Positions 17,536 through 26,090 of a stretch of 64,000 nt of DNA are shown here, piece by piece (the stretch's first letter is position 1; each line of letters starts with the position of its first letter). Below the pieces are notes generated by a model. The model saw nothing but the letters and a program-made list of their open reading frames with translations, searched no databases and was not told where the DNA came from. A program made the translations under genes and the position numbers. Origin of the DNA: Candidatus Angelobacter sp. (GTDB lineage: Bacteria > Acidobacteriota > Terriglobia > Terriglobales > Acidobacteriaceae); assembly GCA_035995565.1 (NCBI GenBank), contig DASYKK010000017.1, forward strand, positions 2,286 through 66,285. The letters are read 5' to 3'.

Positions 17536-18084
17536 ATGGAAGCACATTGCCCTACTGCGCAAGCATCCGAGTGGTTCGCCGTGCAGGTGAATGGTGGGCG
17601 TGAACACTTGAGTGCCACTCACCTCAGGGTACGCGGCTATGATATTTTTCTGCCATGCTACCCGGAACGCCGTCGCTGGACGGACCGCGTCAAGATCGTA
17701 GATCGTGCCCTTTTTCACGGATACATCTTCGCGCGCGCGATCCCTAATGCAGGGCAAATTGTGAGGGCTCCAGGGGTGATCCGGATCGTTGGGAATCGTA
17801 GCGGACCTGTATACATTCCTCTACGGGACATTGAAGCAATTCAACGTATTATTGACGCGGGGGCTCGGGTCGAGCCGTGCCCGCTACCACAGCCTGGTGA
17901 ACGTGTGTGCATCGAAGAAGGGCCTCTGCGTGGAATCGAGGGTACCGTGGTGGCCTCAAAAGGCGGGCACCGTCTGATTGTCAGCATATCGTTGCTGCAA
18001 CGTGCAGTAGCAGCCGAGATTGATTCGAACTGGCGCATTATACCCAGCTCCTTTTCCCGCACTTATCGGCAAGATTCTAACTAA
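17536..18084 (+). CDS. NusG-paralogue transcription antiterminator (LoaP/TaA/RfaH/UpxY-like): NGN + KOW
   Basis: NGN-like WFAVQVNGGREHLSATHLRVRGYDIFLPCY...LFHGYIFAR...GVIRIVG. KOW-like GERVCIEEGPLRGIEGTVVASKGGHRLIVSISLL. It is not in a secE-nusG-rplK context and is the first gene of the co-directional biosynthetic array. Confidence 0.8.
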   Translation: MEAHCPTAQASEWFAVQVNGGREHLSATHLRVRGYDIFLPCYPERRRWTDRVKIVDRALFHGYIFARAIPNAGQIVRAPGVIRIVGNRSGPVYIPLRDIEAIQRIIDAGARVEPCPLPQPGERVCIEEGPLRGIEGTVVASKGGHRLIVSISLLQRAVAAEIDSNWRIIPSSFSRTYRQDSN

Positions 18085-18308
18085 GCGAGGGCTGCGCCGA
18101 TTCGCTCACCCGGGGCATCTTGCAACCCTTTCCTCAAGACCAACGGCTCGCACTCACGCGGACCATCCTTCTGGATTGCTTGTGTCGGGCTGTCGTAGAA
18201 GCTTTAGATCAAATATAGTCTCCGCAGTGGGACTGAAAGCGGCCTAAATATGCCGCTAACGAGAACAAAGTTCCCGTTACAACGCGCATAACGGGTTAGA
18301 TAGCGTCA

Positions 18309-19115
18309 ATGCCCCACAGTGACCCAGATTTATCCCGACCGGTAGCTGTCCTAAAGGTGTCTCCGTGGCTCATTCGCTCGCCAACTTGCGGAGTCCCGAA
18401 GCTTCGGCTAGCTGCATTTCCTCACGCGGGTGGTGGAGCATCAGGCTTTCGTCGCTTATTTCGCTACCTCCCTGCCGAAGTTGAAGTGATTGGGATTCAG
18501 CTTCCAGGACGCGAAAATCGAGTTCGAGATCCCGCGAGTGGGAGTTTATTCGACTTGCTGCGCGATATTGTTGACAACCTTGCTCCGGCGCTCCAGGACG
18601 ACGTTCCGTTCGTCTTTTTTGGCCATAGTCTGGGCGCTCTTATTGCGTTCGAAGTAACACGGCTGTTCCGTGCGAACCGATTGTGCGGGCCCGCTGCTCT
18701 TATTGTCTCCGGACGCACGCCGCCTCACGTACCCCTGGTCCGCCCCGCCTTGCATGGACTCGCCGACAACGATCTGCTGCGCGAAGTTATCCGGCTCGAT
18801 GGTACACCTCGGGAACTGCAGAGCCACCCCGAAATGCTCAAGCTGATTCTGCCCGTCCTTCGGGCGGACTTAAGACTAGACGAAACCTACGCTTATTCGC
18901 AGGGGCCGCCGCTTGACTGCCCAGTTCTCGCCTGCGGCGGGCAAGACGATTCGGAAGCTCCATTGTCAACAATGCGGGAGTGGGAGATCCACACTTGTGC
19001 AAAATTTGTCCTCAAAACATTCGCAGGCGGGCACTTTTTTATGCATTCGAACTCGGCTCTGTTTAATACAGAACTGGCGTCGTTCTTGCGTAGCGTGACG
19101 CAGGTGATGGTGTGA
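18309..19115 (+). CDS. type II thioesterase (alpha/beta hydrolase, NRPS/PKS editing)
   Basis: LRLAAFPHAGGGASGFRRL, IGIQLPGRENR, nucleophile elbow FFGHSLGALIAFE, and C-terminal GGHFF. Confidence 0.85.
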   Translation: MPHSDPDLSRPVAVLKVSPWLIRSPTCGVPKLRLAAFPHAGGGASGFRRLFRYLPAEVEVIGIQLPGRENRVRDPASGSLFDLLRDIVDNLAPALQDDVPFVFFGHSLGALIAFEVTRLFRANRLCGPAALIVSGRTPPHVPLVRPALHGLADNDLLREVIRLDGTPRELQSHPEMLKLILPVLRADLRLDETYAYSQGPPLDCPVLACGGQDDSEAPLSTMREWEIHTCAKFVLKTFAGGHFFMHSNSALFNTELASFLRSVTQVMV

Positions 19116-19210
19116 CGTCGCGTACTTTGGAATTAGATATCCGGCCAGAACAGGACACGGTGCCCGGCCGATCCGGAACAGACAAGACTTCGTAGGCAGG
19201 TCTCCTAGAT

Positions 19211-21619
19211 ATGTTTTCAATTTTCTACGAGTGGCTGGAAGGGCTGGCGAGGGATTTGAGGTACGGCGCTCGAAACCTGCGTCGAAAGCCTGGGGTCCTG
19301 GTGGTTAGCGCTCTTTCGCTGGGGCTCGGAATCGGCGTGAATACAATTCTCTACATGGGTATCTCCAATATTTACGGACACAAACCAACGATGCACGATC
19401 CAAAGCGTGTCATGGGCGTCGAACTTGGAAACGGGAACCAGTTCTCGTATCCAGATTACCAGGATCTGTTGCGGAGCGGTATCTTCAGCGGCGCGTTGGG
19501 ATTCAGAACAACAACGCTCAATCTCGGTCCCAAAGGGGAAGTGACGCGTGTTGGCGCCACAGTCGTAACGGGGAACTACTTCGAGGTACTTGGCATTTCC
19601 GCGGCAGTCGGACGGATGTTCTCTGGCATTGATGCTCAACCAGAAACCGAACCCCGCGTTGTGGTGGTAACATCCGGGTTTTGGCGCGCCTACCTGAGGG
19701 GCGATTACGCCGCCATAGGTGAGCCAATCGTCCTGAACGGGGAGAGGTTTACCGTGGTCGGTATTCTGCCTGACAACTACCAGGCAGTCACGGGTTGGCG
19801 GGATCGCGGGGTATACGTTCCGCTGAGTAAGTTGATTTTGCCTAGCATCGACCAGCGTGACACGCCGAGTCTCACCGTGTTGGCCCGCTTGCAGCCGAAT
19901 ACATCGGCCGGGCAAGCAGCAAAGGCCGTTACCTCACTGAACGAGTGGCTCCAAAGCAAATATCCAGCCCGGCTGTCGAGCAGAGGACGACCGGCATCCA
20001 TATTCCCCGCGGAAGACCTTCAGTTCCGCGGCGCGCCAGCACAGTTGCTGTTGATGAAGATTGCCTGGGGCACAGCCATTTCCTTGCTTCTCATTTCGTG
20101 CGGCAATGTCGCTGGATTGCTGTTGGCCCGGGGATCAGATCGTCAATACGAGATGGCCATTCGCGGCGCCCTCGGTGCGGGACGTATGCGTGTTGCGCAG
20201 GCGATGCTCGCTGAAAGCTTTTTGCTTGTCATGACTGGAGCAGGAGTGGGTCTTCCATTGGCGTCATTGCTCAATCGAATTCCGATGCCCGCACCCATGA
20301 CGTATGTCCAGGACGCAATGGCGCTCGACAGCCGGGTACTGCCCTATTCTGGGCTACTCATTGGCTTTGCGACGCTCGTCTGCGGTGTGTTCCCAGCTAT
20401 CAGGACAATGCGCATAGACCTGATCGCCGTATTGAATCAGGGCGGCAGATTGTTCACTGCACCACGCGCGTGGTTGCGAGAGCTACTCGTTGCCGGGCAG
20501 GTCGCAATGACATTCATTCTTATAGTAGCGGCACTCTTGTGCGTAAGAAGTCAGATGCTGATTGCGCACGCGGACTTGGGGTTCGACATTGACCACGGAG
20601 TCGTCGCCCAGTTTGGACTTCAGCGCAACCAGTATGAAGGGCAGGATCGAGTTCGGTTAGCCGACCGTCTCACGAAGCGCATTGAGCAGATTCCCAGCGT
20701 AGTATCAGTGAGCGTAGCAGATATCGTGCCGCTGAGTGGCAACGCACTGATCAAGAGCTTCCACCCCGCCGGACGAACTGATATCGCGGGCACCCGCCCG
20801 GACACGTTCAGCGTAGGTCCGGGGTATTTCCGTACCCTGGGTATTCCGTTACTAAGAGGACGTGAGTTCAATGCTTTTGATCAACTTGGTGTCCCCTCTG
20901 TGGTGATTGTCAACGAGACCTTCGCCAGAACGTACTTCTCACGGACGAACATTATCGAAGAGATCGTTCAAACGGCGGGCGAGCGTGATTCCCGCGTGAT
21001 CGGGATCGTGCGGGATCATCGCATCGGCACAATTGGCGAGTCGCCGCGGTCGGTCCTTTACTATTCGTTTGCTCAGCGGCCGACTGAACTGAATCTTCAC
21101 GTGCGCAGTGCTGTGCCGCCGGATGCCCTTGTGGCCGGGGTACAACAGGCCATTCGGGAGATCGACGGAACAATCCCTGTTACGGTGCGGACCCTACACA
21201 ACGCGACAACGCTTGAACTAACCATGCGGCGCAGCGGCATGGTTCTGATGGGCGCATTGGGCGCGGTGGGACTGATATTAGCGGCCGTTGGCCTTTACGG
21301 TGTATTGGCTTATGTCGCTGCATCCCGTACCGGGGATGTCGCGATTCGCATGGCGCTCGGCGCCTCACGCGACCGCATTCGCTGGGAAATGCTGCGACGT
21401 GCTCTGATTGTAGTTTTGCCCAGCGTGGCACTTGGAGTGTGCTTGTCACTTTTAGTCATGCCTGCTTTCAGCACCTTCCTTGCCGGCGTGAACCCCTTGG
21501 ATCCCGTAGCTTTCGGTGGCGCGACGGCCATTTTTTTGCTAACTGGCGTTGCAGCTGGCTATGTTCCGGCGCAACGGAGTGCCCGCCAGGACCCCATGCA
21601 GGTATTCCGACGGCAGTAG
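19211..21619 (+). CDS. ADOP-family duplicated FtsX/MacB-like ABC permease (no adjacent ATPase)
   Basis: The N-terminus DLRYGARNLRRKPGVLVVSALSLGLGIGVNT is typical. There are two MacB-periplasmic-core plus FtsX halves, and the C-terminus ends YVPAQRSARQDPMQVFRRQ. The ~800-aa size fits the acidobacterial duplicated orphan permease family. Confidence 0.85.
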   Translation: MFSIFYEWLEGLARDLRYGARNLRRKPGVLVVSALSLGLGIGVNTILYMGISNIYGHKPTMHDPKRVMGVELGNGNQFSYPDYQDLLRSGIFSGALGFRTTTLNLGPKGEVTRVGATVVTGNYFEVLGISAAVGRMFSGIDAQPETEPRVVVVTSGFWRAYLRGDYAAIGEPIVLNGERFTVVGILPDNYQAVTGWRDRGVYVPLSKLILPSIDQRDTPSLTVLARLQPNTSAGQAAKAVTSLNEWLQSKYPARLSSRGRPASIFPAEDLQFRGAPAQLLLMKIAWGTAISLLLISCGNVAGLLLARGSDRQYEMAIRGALGAGRMRVAQAMLAESFLLVMTGAGVGLPLASLLNRIPMPAPMTYVQDAMALDSRVLPYSGLLIGFATLVCGVFPAIRTMRIDLIAVLNQGGRLFTAPRAWLRELLVAGQVAMTFILIVAALLCVRSQMLIAHADLGFDIDHGVVAQFGLQRNQYEGQDRVRLADRLTKRIEQIPSVVSVSVADIVPLSGNALIKSFHPAGRTDIAGTRPDTFSVGPGYFRTLGIPLLRGREFNAFDQLGVPSVVIVNETFARTYFSRTNIIEEIVQTAGERDSRVIGIVRDHRIGTIGESPRSVLYYSFAQRPTELNLHVRSAVPPDALVAGVQQAIREIDGTIPVTVRTLHNATTLELTMRRSGMVLMGALGAVGLILAAVGLYGVLAYVAASRTGDVAIRMALGASRDRIRWEMLRRALIVVLPSVALGVCLSLLVMPAFSTFLAGVNPLDPVAFGGATAIFLLTGVAAGYVPAQRSARQDPMQVFRRQ

Positions 21620-21656
21620 CCCGCAATCTTAATTGTTTTCTCGGAAAAGGACAGAA

Positions 21657-22190
21657 ATGCACAACATTCTTCGTTTCTTTGCCGGTCTCCTCTTCGTTGC
21701 CAGCTTAGCCGGGTGTGCAAATTACCCAAAGATTCCCGCAACAGGTGCCCCGGCACCGGATTTCCAGCTCATGAACCAAGCCGGCAAAACCGTAAGCTTA
21801 AAGGACTACGCTGGCAAATGGGTCGTACTCTACTTCTATCCCGGGGATTTCGGCAAACGGGGCACCGCAGCGGCGCGCAGTTATCGAGGAAATCTGCGCA
21901 AATTCGAGGAAGAGCAAACAGTCGTCATTGGGATCAGCCAAGATGATGTTTCAACCCATCAGGCTTTTGCCAAAGAGGAACAACTGCCGTTTACACTTCT
22001 TTCAGATGAGGGACAGAAGGTCGCGATGCAATACGGCTCTTTCCGGACGCGTCTGGTGCACACACTTGTGAGCTATCACACCTTTATTATTGATCCAAAA
22101 GGCAAGATCGCCCGTGTGTTTCTCGATCTCGACGCGATGGATCCGAGTGGCCAGATGCTCAGCGCTGTCAGTGCGCTGCAACAGCAGTGA
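21657..22190 (+). CDS. peroxiredoxin (BCP/AhpC-TSA)-fold lipoprotein lacking the peroxidatic cysteine
   Basis: Lipobox LAGC. APAPDFQLMNQAGKTVSLKDYAGKWVVLYFYPGDF...VIGISQDD...FTLLSDEGQKVAMQYG is a clear BCP-like scaffold. The expected DFTPGCT is DFGKRGT, with the Cys position occupied by Gly at 21861-21863. The only Cys in the protein is the lipobox Cys. Confidence 0.75.
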   Translation: MHNILRFFAGLLFVASLAGCANYPKIPATGAPAPDFQLMNQAGKTVSLKDYAGKWVVLYFYPGDFGKRGTAAARSYRGNLRKFEEEQTVVIGISQDDVSTHQAFAKEEQLPFTLLSDEGQKVAMQYGSFRTRLVHTLVSYHTFIIDPKGKIARVFLDLDAMDPSGQMLSAVSALQQQ

Positions 22191-22195
22191 CCCCA

Positions 22196-25100
22196 ATGAC
22201 ATCTCAGCAAATCCTTGACATCGCCATCGAGAGCGGAGTCTTTCTGTACGTTGAAGGCGGCGGTTTAAAGTATCGCGCTCCGGCCGGTAACATGTCCCCG
22301 GAGCTGCGACAACTACTGAAGCAGCATCGCCAGGAAATCATTCTGCACCTCAATAAGATGCAGGTGCAGGCGGTTGGTGATCGCTTCGAGCCCCCGCCGA
22401 TCCAGCGACGTATTGGTAGCGGTCGAGTTCCTCTGTCTTACGCGCAGCAACGGTTTTGGTTCATCGAGCAGTTGGAAAATTGCGGTATCCACATGCGAAG
22501 CGCTCACCGATTGACGGGATCGCTAAACGTCAGGGCTCTGGAAGATGCACTGAACACGATAGTCAATAGACACGAATCGTTGCGGACGGTATTCTTCGAG
22601 GAGAATGGCACGCCATACCAGTTTGTGGTTCCGACCGTCAAGTTCGGCTTGACACGGACGGACTTGTGCAGCCTAAGCGAAAGTGAACAGGAGTCTGAAA
22701 TCCGGCGCCACATAGCAGAGGATGCGCAGCGTCCATTTGATCTGGCGCGCGATCTGATGATCCGGGTCCATCTGCTTGCCTTGTCCCCCGAGGTGCACGT
22801 TGTCATTCTCAACCAGCATCACATCGCCTCGGATGCCTGGTCGCAATGGGTTTTTAGAAGGGAGTTGGTGGAACTCTATCTGGCTTACTGCGAAGGACGC
22901 CCCAACTTAACAGTACCGCTAAAATTGCAATACGCAGACTACACTGTATGGCAACAAGCCTGGCTAAAGGGTGAGGTGCTCGAGCGACAACTCGCTTTCT
23001 GGAAGCGGGCGTTGAAGGGCATACCGGAGGTCCATAACCTGCCACTCGATCATGGGCGGACGACGGGCACGACTCATTCCGGTGGATCAGTAGTTTGCAC
23101 AATTGACGATGAGACGTTGCAAGGCATCCGGGACTTCTGCAATCGCAGAGATGCAACCCTGTTTATGTTCTTTCATACAGCCATGTCAATACTGCTGAGC
23201 CGATACAGCGACGATACCGACATCGTTGTAGGGACGCCGGTTCTGGGCCGCGTTCATCCGGATTTGGAAGCAATGATTGGCCTGTTCGTCAATACCGTCG
23301 TCTTACGACTGAGGCTGGACGGTGACCCGAGTTTCGAGGAGCTGCTGAAGCAAGAAAAGCAGCAACTGCTCGATGCGCTTAACCATCAGCATGTACCTTT
23401 CGAGTTAGTCGTGGAGACTATGAAGCCGCGACGCAGCACTAGTTACAACCCGATATTCCAAGTTCTTTTCAACATGCAACCATTGGACACTGACGGGTTC
23501 GCGCTTCCGGGCCTCAAATATGAAGCACTCGGCGTCGCAGGGATCGGCACATTCGACCTTTCGATTACGGTGATGGAGTCGGTTCATAGTTTGTCAATCC
23601 GCTTCAGCTACAGTAGCGCAGTTTTCCTGGGTGCCACTGTGACGCGCATGGCCAACAACTTCCGAGCTCTCCTATCCAGCATCCTAGACTCACCCAGCCG
23701 GCGGGTCCGTGAACTGGACATGCTTGCACCGATGGAGCGGAATCGTCTGGTGACCGAGCTAAACCAAGGGCGATCCACCCCGGTCTATATCGTCGATTCC
23801 ACTGGCAATCTTATGCCTGAAGGCGGCCACGGAGAGTTATGCGTACCTGCGACGGGTTTGGCTCAGTATTGCAATGACCAAGATCCACGGGACGTCCAAC
23901 GGCAAATGAGGTCCATTCCCAATCCGCTTGCGAGTGCCAGCGACGAGCCTTTGTGGCGAACAGGCGCGCTTGCCCGCTGGTCCCCGACGGGGGAACTGGA
24001 GTTATTCGGAGCGCTCGCTGATCGCACTACAGTTGGTGGCGTGCGCATCAATCTTGCCAGATTCCGAGGAGCCTTGTCGACGACTCCGTGGATAATCCGT
24101 TTCGCGGTGGTTGTGCGTGAGGATGTTTCCGGTTGCGAGATTCTGGTCGCCTACGTTGCCGGCGACAAGAAGGCACTGGCGCCGTTTGAGCACTTTGTGA
24201 CTGAATTACGCATCTCACTGGCCTCGGCTCTCGATGGCCAGGAGGTACGCTTCGCCCTCGCTGTGGTTGATCGACTCCCATTTTTTATCGAGGGGGGGCT
24301 GCAGCTTGATTTGCTCCCGATACCCGAAGACGCCATAAAGCCAAGTGAGCTTTTTGAAGGGGACGCACGAACCGACACGGAGTTGCGAATGGAGCGGATC
24401 TGGCGCACTGTGCTGCCGGACTCACCCCTAAGCAACGTCGACAACTTTTTTGCCGTCGGCGGTCATTCTCTGTCGATGATTGTTCTAATTAAGCGAATCT
24501 CAATGGAGTTTGGCGTCGACATCCCGCTCGCGACCTTTATGGAGGCGCCAACGATCAAAGCGACATCCCGATTCGTCTCTGGCGCACCTACCAGTGGCAA
24601 TGCTACAGATGTGCGTCGGCCGATGAACCAGGCACCGCTGGAGGTTACCGAGTCCGTTGCGACCCGGCAGAACTCGATCCCGCCGCTCAGTCTTGCTGAG
24701 CGCTCGAAGCCCCTGGCGCTGTCTTTTGTTCAGCGAGGACTCCTGTTAAGAATGTGGTCCGCGAAGTCCGAGAGTGGGCGAACCCGCTTTAATATGCCGG
24801 ACAGTCGGCAAATCGTTGGACCCCTTTGCATCGAATCCCTACGCCGAACGTTCGAGACTATCGTCGCCCGTCACGCTATTCTGCGCACTGTCTACAGAGA
24901 GGAGTCCGGCGAACCGGTGCAAGTCATTCTGGCGCCCACCCCTTTTTCTATCCCCTTCATCGATCTGAGTGGGCTAGCGCTGGACGTACAAACGGCTTCA
25001 GTGGGGAAACACGTGCGCGATCACGCTCTACGTCCGTTCGACCTGGCGAGTGAGCCAAGCCTGCGCGTGTTGCTGTTGAAGCTTTCGGATCAACGCCATG

Positions 25101-26089
25101 TGTGCCTCATTAATATTCACCACATCGCCACGGATGGATTTTCCTTCACTGTCTTCATACGAGAGGTTAATGTCATTTACACCGCATACATCAAGGGCAG
25201 GCCCCACTCCTTGCCGGAGCTACCCATTCAGTACTGCGACTATGCTGTTTGGCAACGCGAGTCATTTGCCCGCGGCCTGTTCAATGCAGATATGAAATTC
25301 TGGAGACAGCGCCTCAGCGATCTTGCCTCGGTGCCCGGTCTTCCCCTGGACAAGCCACGGCCACTCGTTGAAAGTCTTAATGGCGCTTATCACCGGACAA
25401 TCGTCAATGCTGAGTTAGTGCGGCGACTGAGTGAACTCAGCCGGTCGCAGAACGGCACTCTATTCATGATCCTGCATGCAATCTTCGCGTTGCTGTTGCA
25501 TGGATACAGTGGTGCAGACGACGTCATCATTGGCGCGCCGGTCGCTAACCGTCATCACCGCGACGTTGAATCTGTCATCGGTTGCTTCACTAACAACCTT
25601 GTTCTCCGGTCCGAGTTCAAGCAGAATCCCTCATTTGTCGACTTCTTGGCGCAAACCATCGACAACGTTCAGCAAGCATTCATTCATCAGAGTGTGCCAT
25701 TCGGTTTGTTGCTTGAGGCGGCCAAACAGCTTAACCCTGAACGAGATCTAAATCAGTTTCCTTTATGTCAGGCGATTTTTACCTTCCAGAACAGCGTAGA
25801 GCGCGAGGCAATCGACCTGCCTGATTTAAAAATTACGCCCCTCGATACCATGGAAATCCTGGACACGCATAACCCGTTCGTCCTGGTGGACTTGGTGCTA
25901 GACGCGGTGCAAACGAGCGGCGGTTTGTCACTCCAGTGGCAGTATGCGACCGACATCTTATCCAAAGGAACGGTTGAATTGCTCGCGGACAGATTCGACG
26001 CCCTGCTGGAAAGTGTTCTCCGTTGGCCAGAAGAACGGGTCAATACCTTGTACTTCACTGCCAGCAACGCTGCACAACAGCTCACATAA
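22196..26089 (+). CDS. NRPS: TubC-type N-terminal docking domain - C - decayed A remnant - T - C
   Basis: Docking-like ILDIAIESGVFLYVEGGGLKYRAPAGNMSPELRQLLKQHRQEIILHL. C1 has PLSYAQQRFWF and HHIASDAWS (22817-22843). The A remnant spans 23780-24325. T has FFAVGGHSL (Ser codon 24467). C2 has HHIATDGFS (25118-25144). The ORF is open from GTG 22187, overlapping the upstream stop. Confidence 0.9.
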   Translation: MTSQQILDIAIESGVFLYVEGGGLKYRAPAGNMSPELRQLLKQHRQEIILHLNKMQVQAVGDRFEPPPIQRRIGSGRVPLSYAQQRFWFIEQLENCGIHMRSAHRLTGSLNVRALEDALNTIVNRHESLRTVFFEENGTPYQFVVPTVKFGLTRTDLCSLSESEQESEIRRHIAEDAQRPFDLARDLMIRVHLLALSPEVHVVILNQHHIASDAWSQWVFRRELVELYLAYCEGRPNLTVPLKLQYADYTVWQQAWLKGEVLERQLAFWKRALKGIPEVHNLPLDHGRTTGTTHSGGSVVCTIDDETLQGIRDFCNRRDATLFMFFHTAMSILLSRYSDDTDIVVGTPVLGRVHPDLEAMIGLFVNTVVLRLRLDGDPSFEELLKQEKQQLLDALNHQHVPFELVVETMKPRRSTSYNPIFQVLFNMQPLDTDGFALPGLKYEALGVAGIGTFDLSITVMESVHSLSIRFSYSSAVFLGATVTRMANNFRALLSSILDSPSRRVRELDMLAPMERNRLVTELNQGRSTPVYIVDSTGNLMPEGGHGELCVPATGLAQYCNDQDPRDVQRQMRSIPNPLASASDEPLWRTGALARWSPTGELELFGALADRTTVGGVRINLARFRGALSTTPWIIRFAVVVREDVSGCEILVAYVAGDKKALAPFEHFVTELRISLASALDGQEVRFALAVVDRLPFFIEGGLQLDLLPIPEDAIKPSELFEGDARTDTELRMERIWRTVLPDSPLSNVDNFFAVGGHSLSMIVLIKRISMEFGVDIPLATFMEAPTIKATSRFVSGAPTSGNATDVRRPMNQAPLEVTESVATRQNSIPPLSLAERSKPLALSFVQRGLLLRMWSAKSESGRTRFNMPDSRQIVGPLCIESLRRTFETIVARHAILRTVYREESGEPVQVILAPTPFSIPFIDLSGLALDVQTASVGKHVRDHALRPFDLASEPSLRVLLLKLSDQRHVCLINIHHIATDGFSFTVFIREVNVIYTAYIKGRPHSLPELPIQYCDYAVWQRESFARGLFNADMKFWRQRLSDLASVPGLPLDKPRPLVESLNGAYHRTIVNAELVRRLSELSRSQNGTLFMILHAIFALLLHGYSGADDVIIGAPVANRHHRDVESVIGCFTNNLVLRSEFKQNPSFVDFLAQTIDNVQQAFIHQSVPFGLLLEAAKQLNPERDLNQFPLCQAIFTFQNSVEREAIDLPDLKITPLDTMEILDTHNPFVLVDLVLDAVQTSGGLSLQWQYATDILSKGTVELLADRFDALLESVLRWPEERVNTLYFTASNAAQQLT
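23780..24325 (+). other. decayed adenylation-domain remnant (C-terminal third only, core motifs degenerate)
   Basis: The C domain runs directly into PVYIVDSTGNLMPEGGHGELCVPATGLAQY (A6-like). Then come WRTGALARW (A7, Asp lost), GALADRTTVGGVRINLARFRGAL (A8 degenerate) and LPFFIEGGLQLDLL (A10, Lys lost). The A1-A5 motifs and binding pocket are absent. Confidence 0.7.
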
Positions 26090-26090
26090 A

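Noticed and set aside
18273-18295. Hairpin cccgtta/taacggg between the NusG paralogue and the thioesterase gene; considered as a terminator or attenuator
   Set aside because: The stem is only 7 bp with a 9-nt loop and no following U-tract, so it is not convincing as an intrinsic terminator. It is mentioned only as context in the leader finding.
25944-26090. N-terminal 49-aa extension of the ORF at 25944-27110
   Set aside because: It overlaps the 3' end of the upstream NRPS in another frame. ATG 26091, one nt after the NRPS stop, gives a sensible start.
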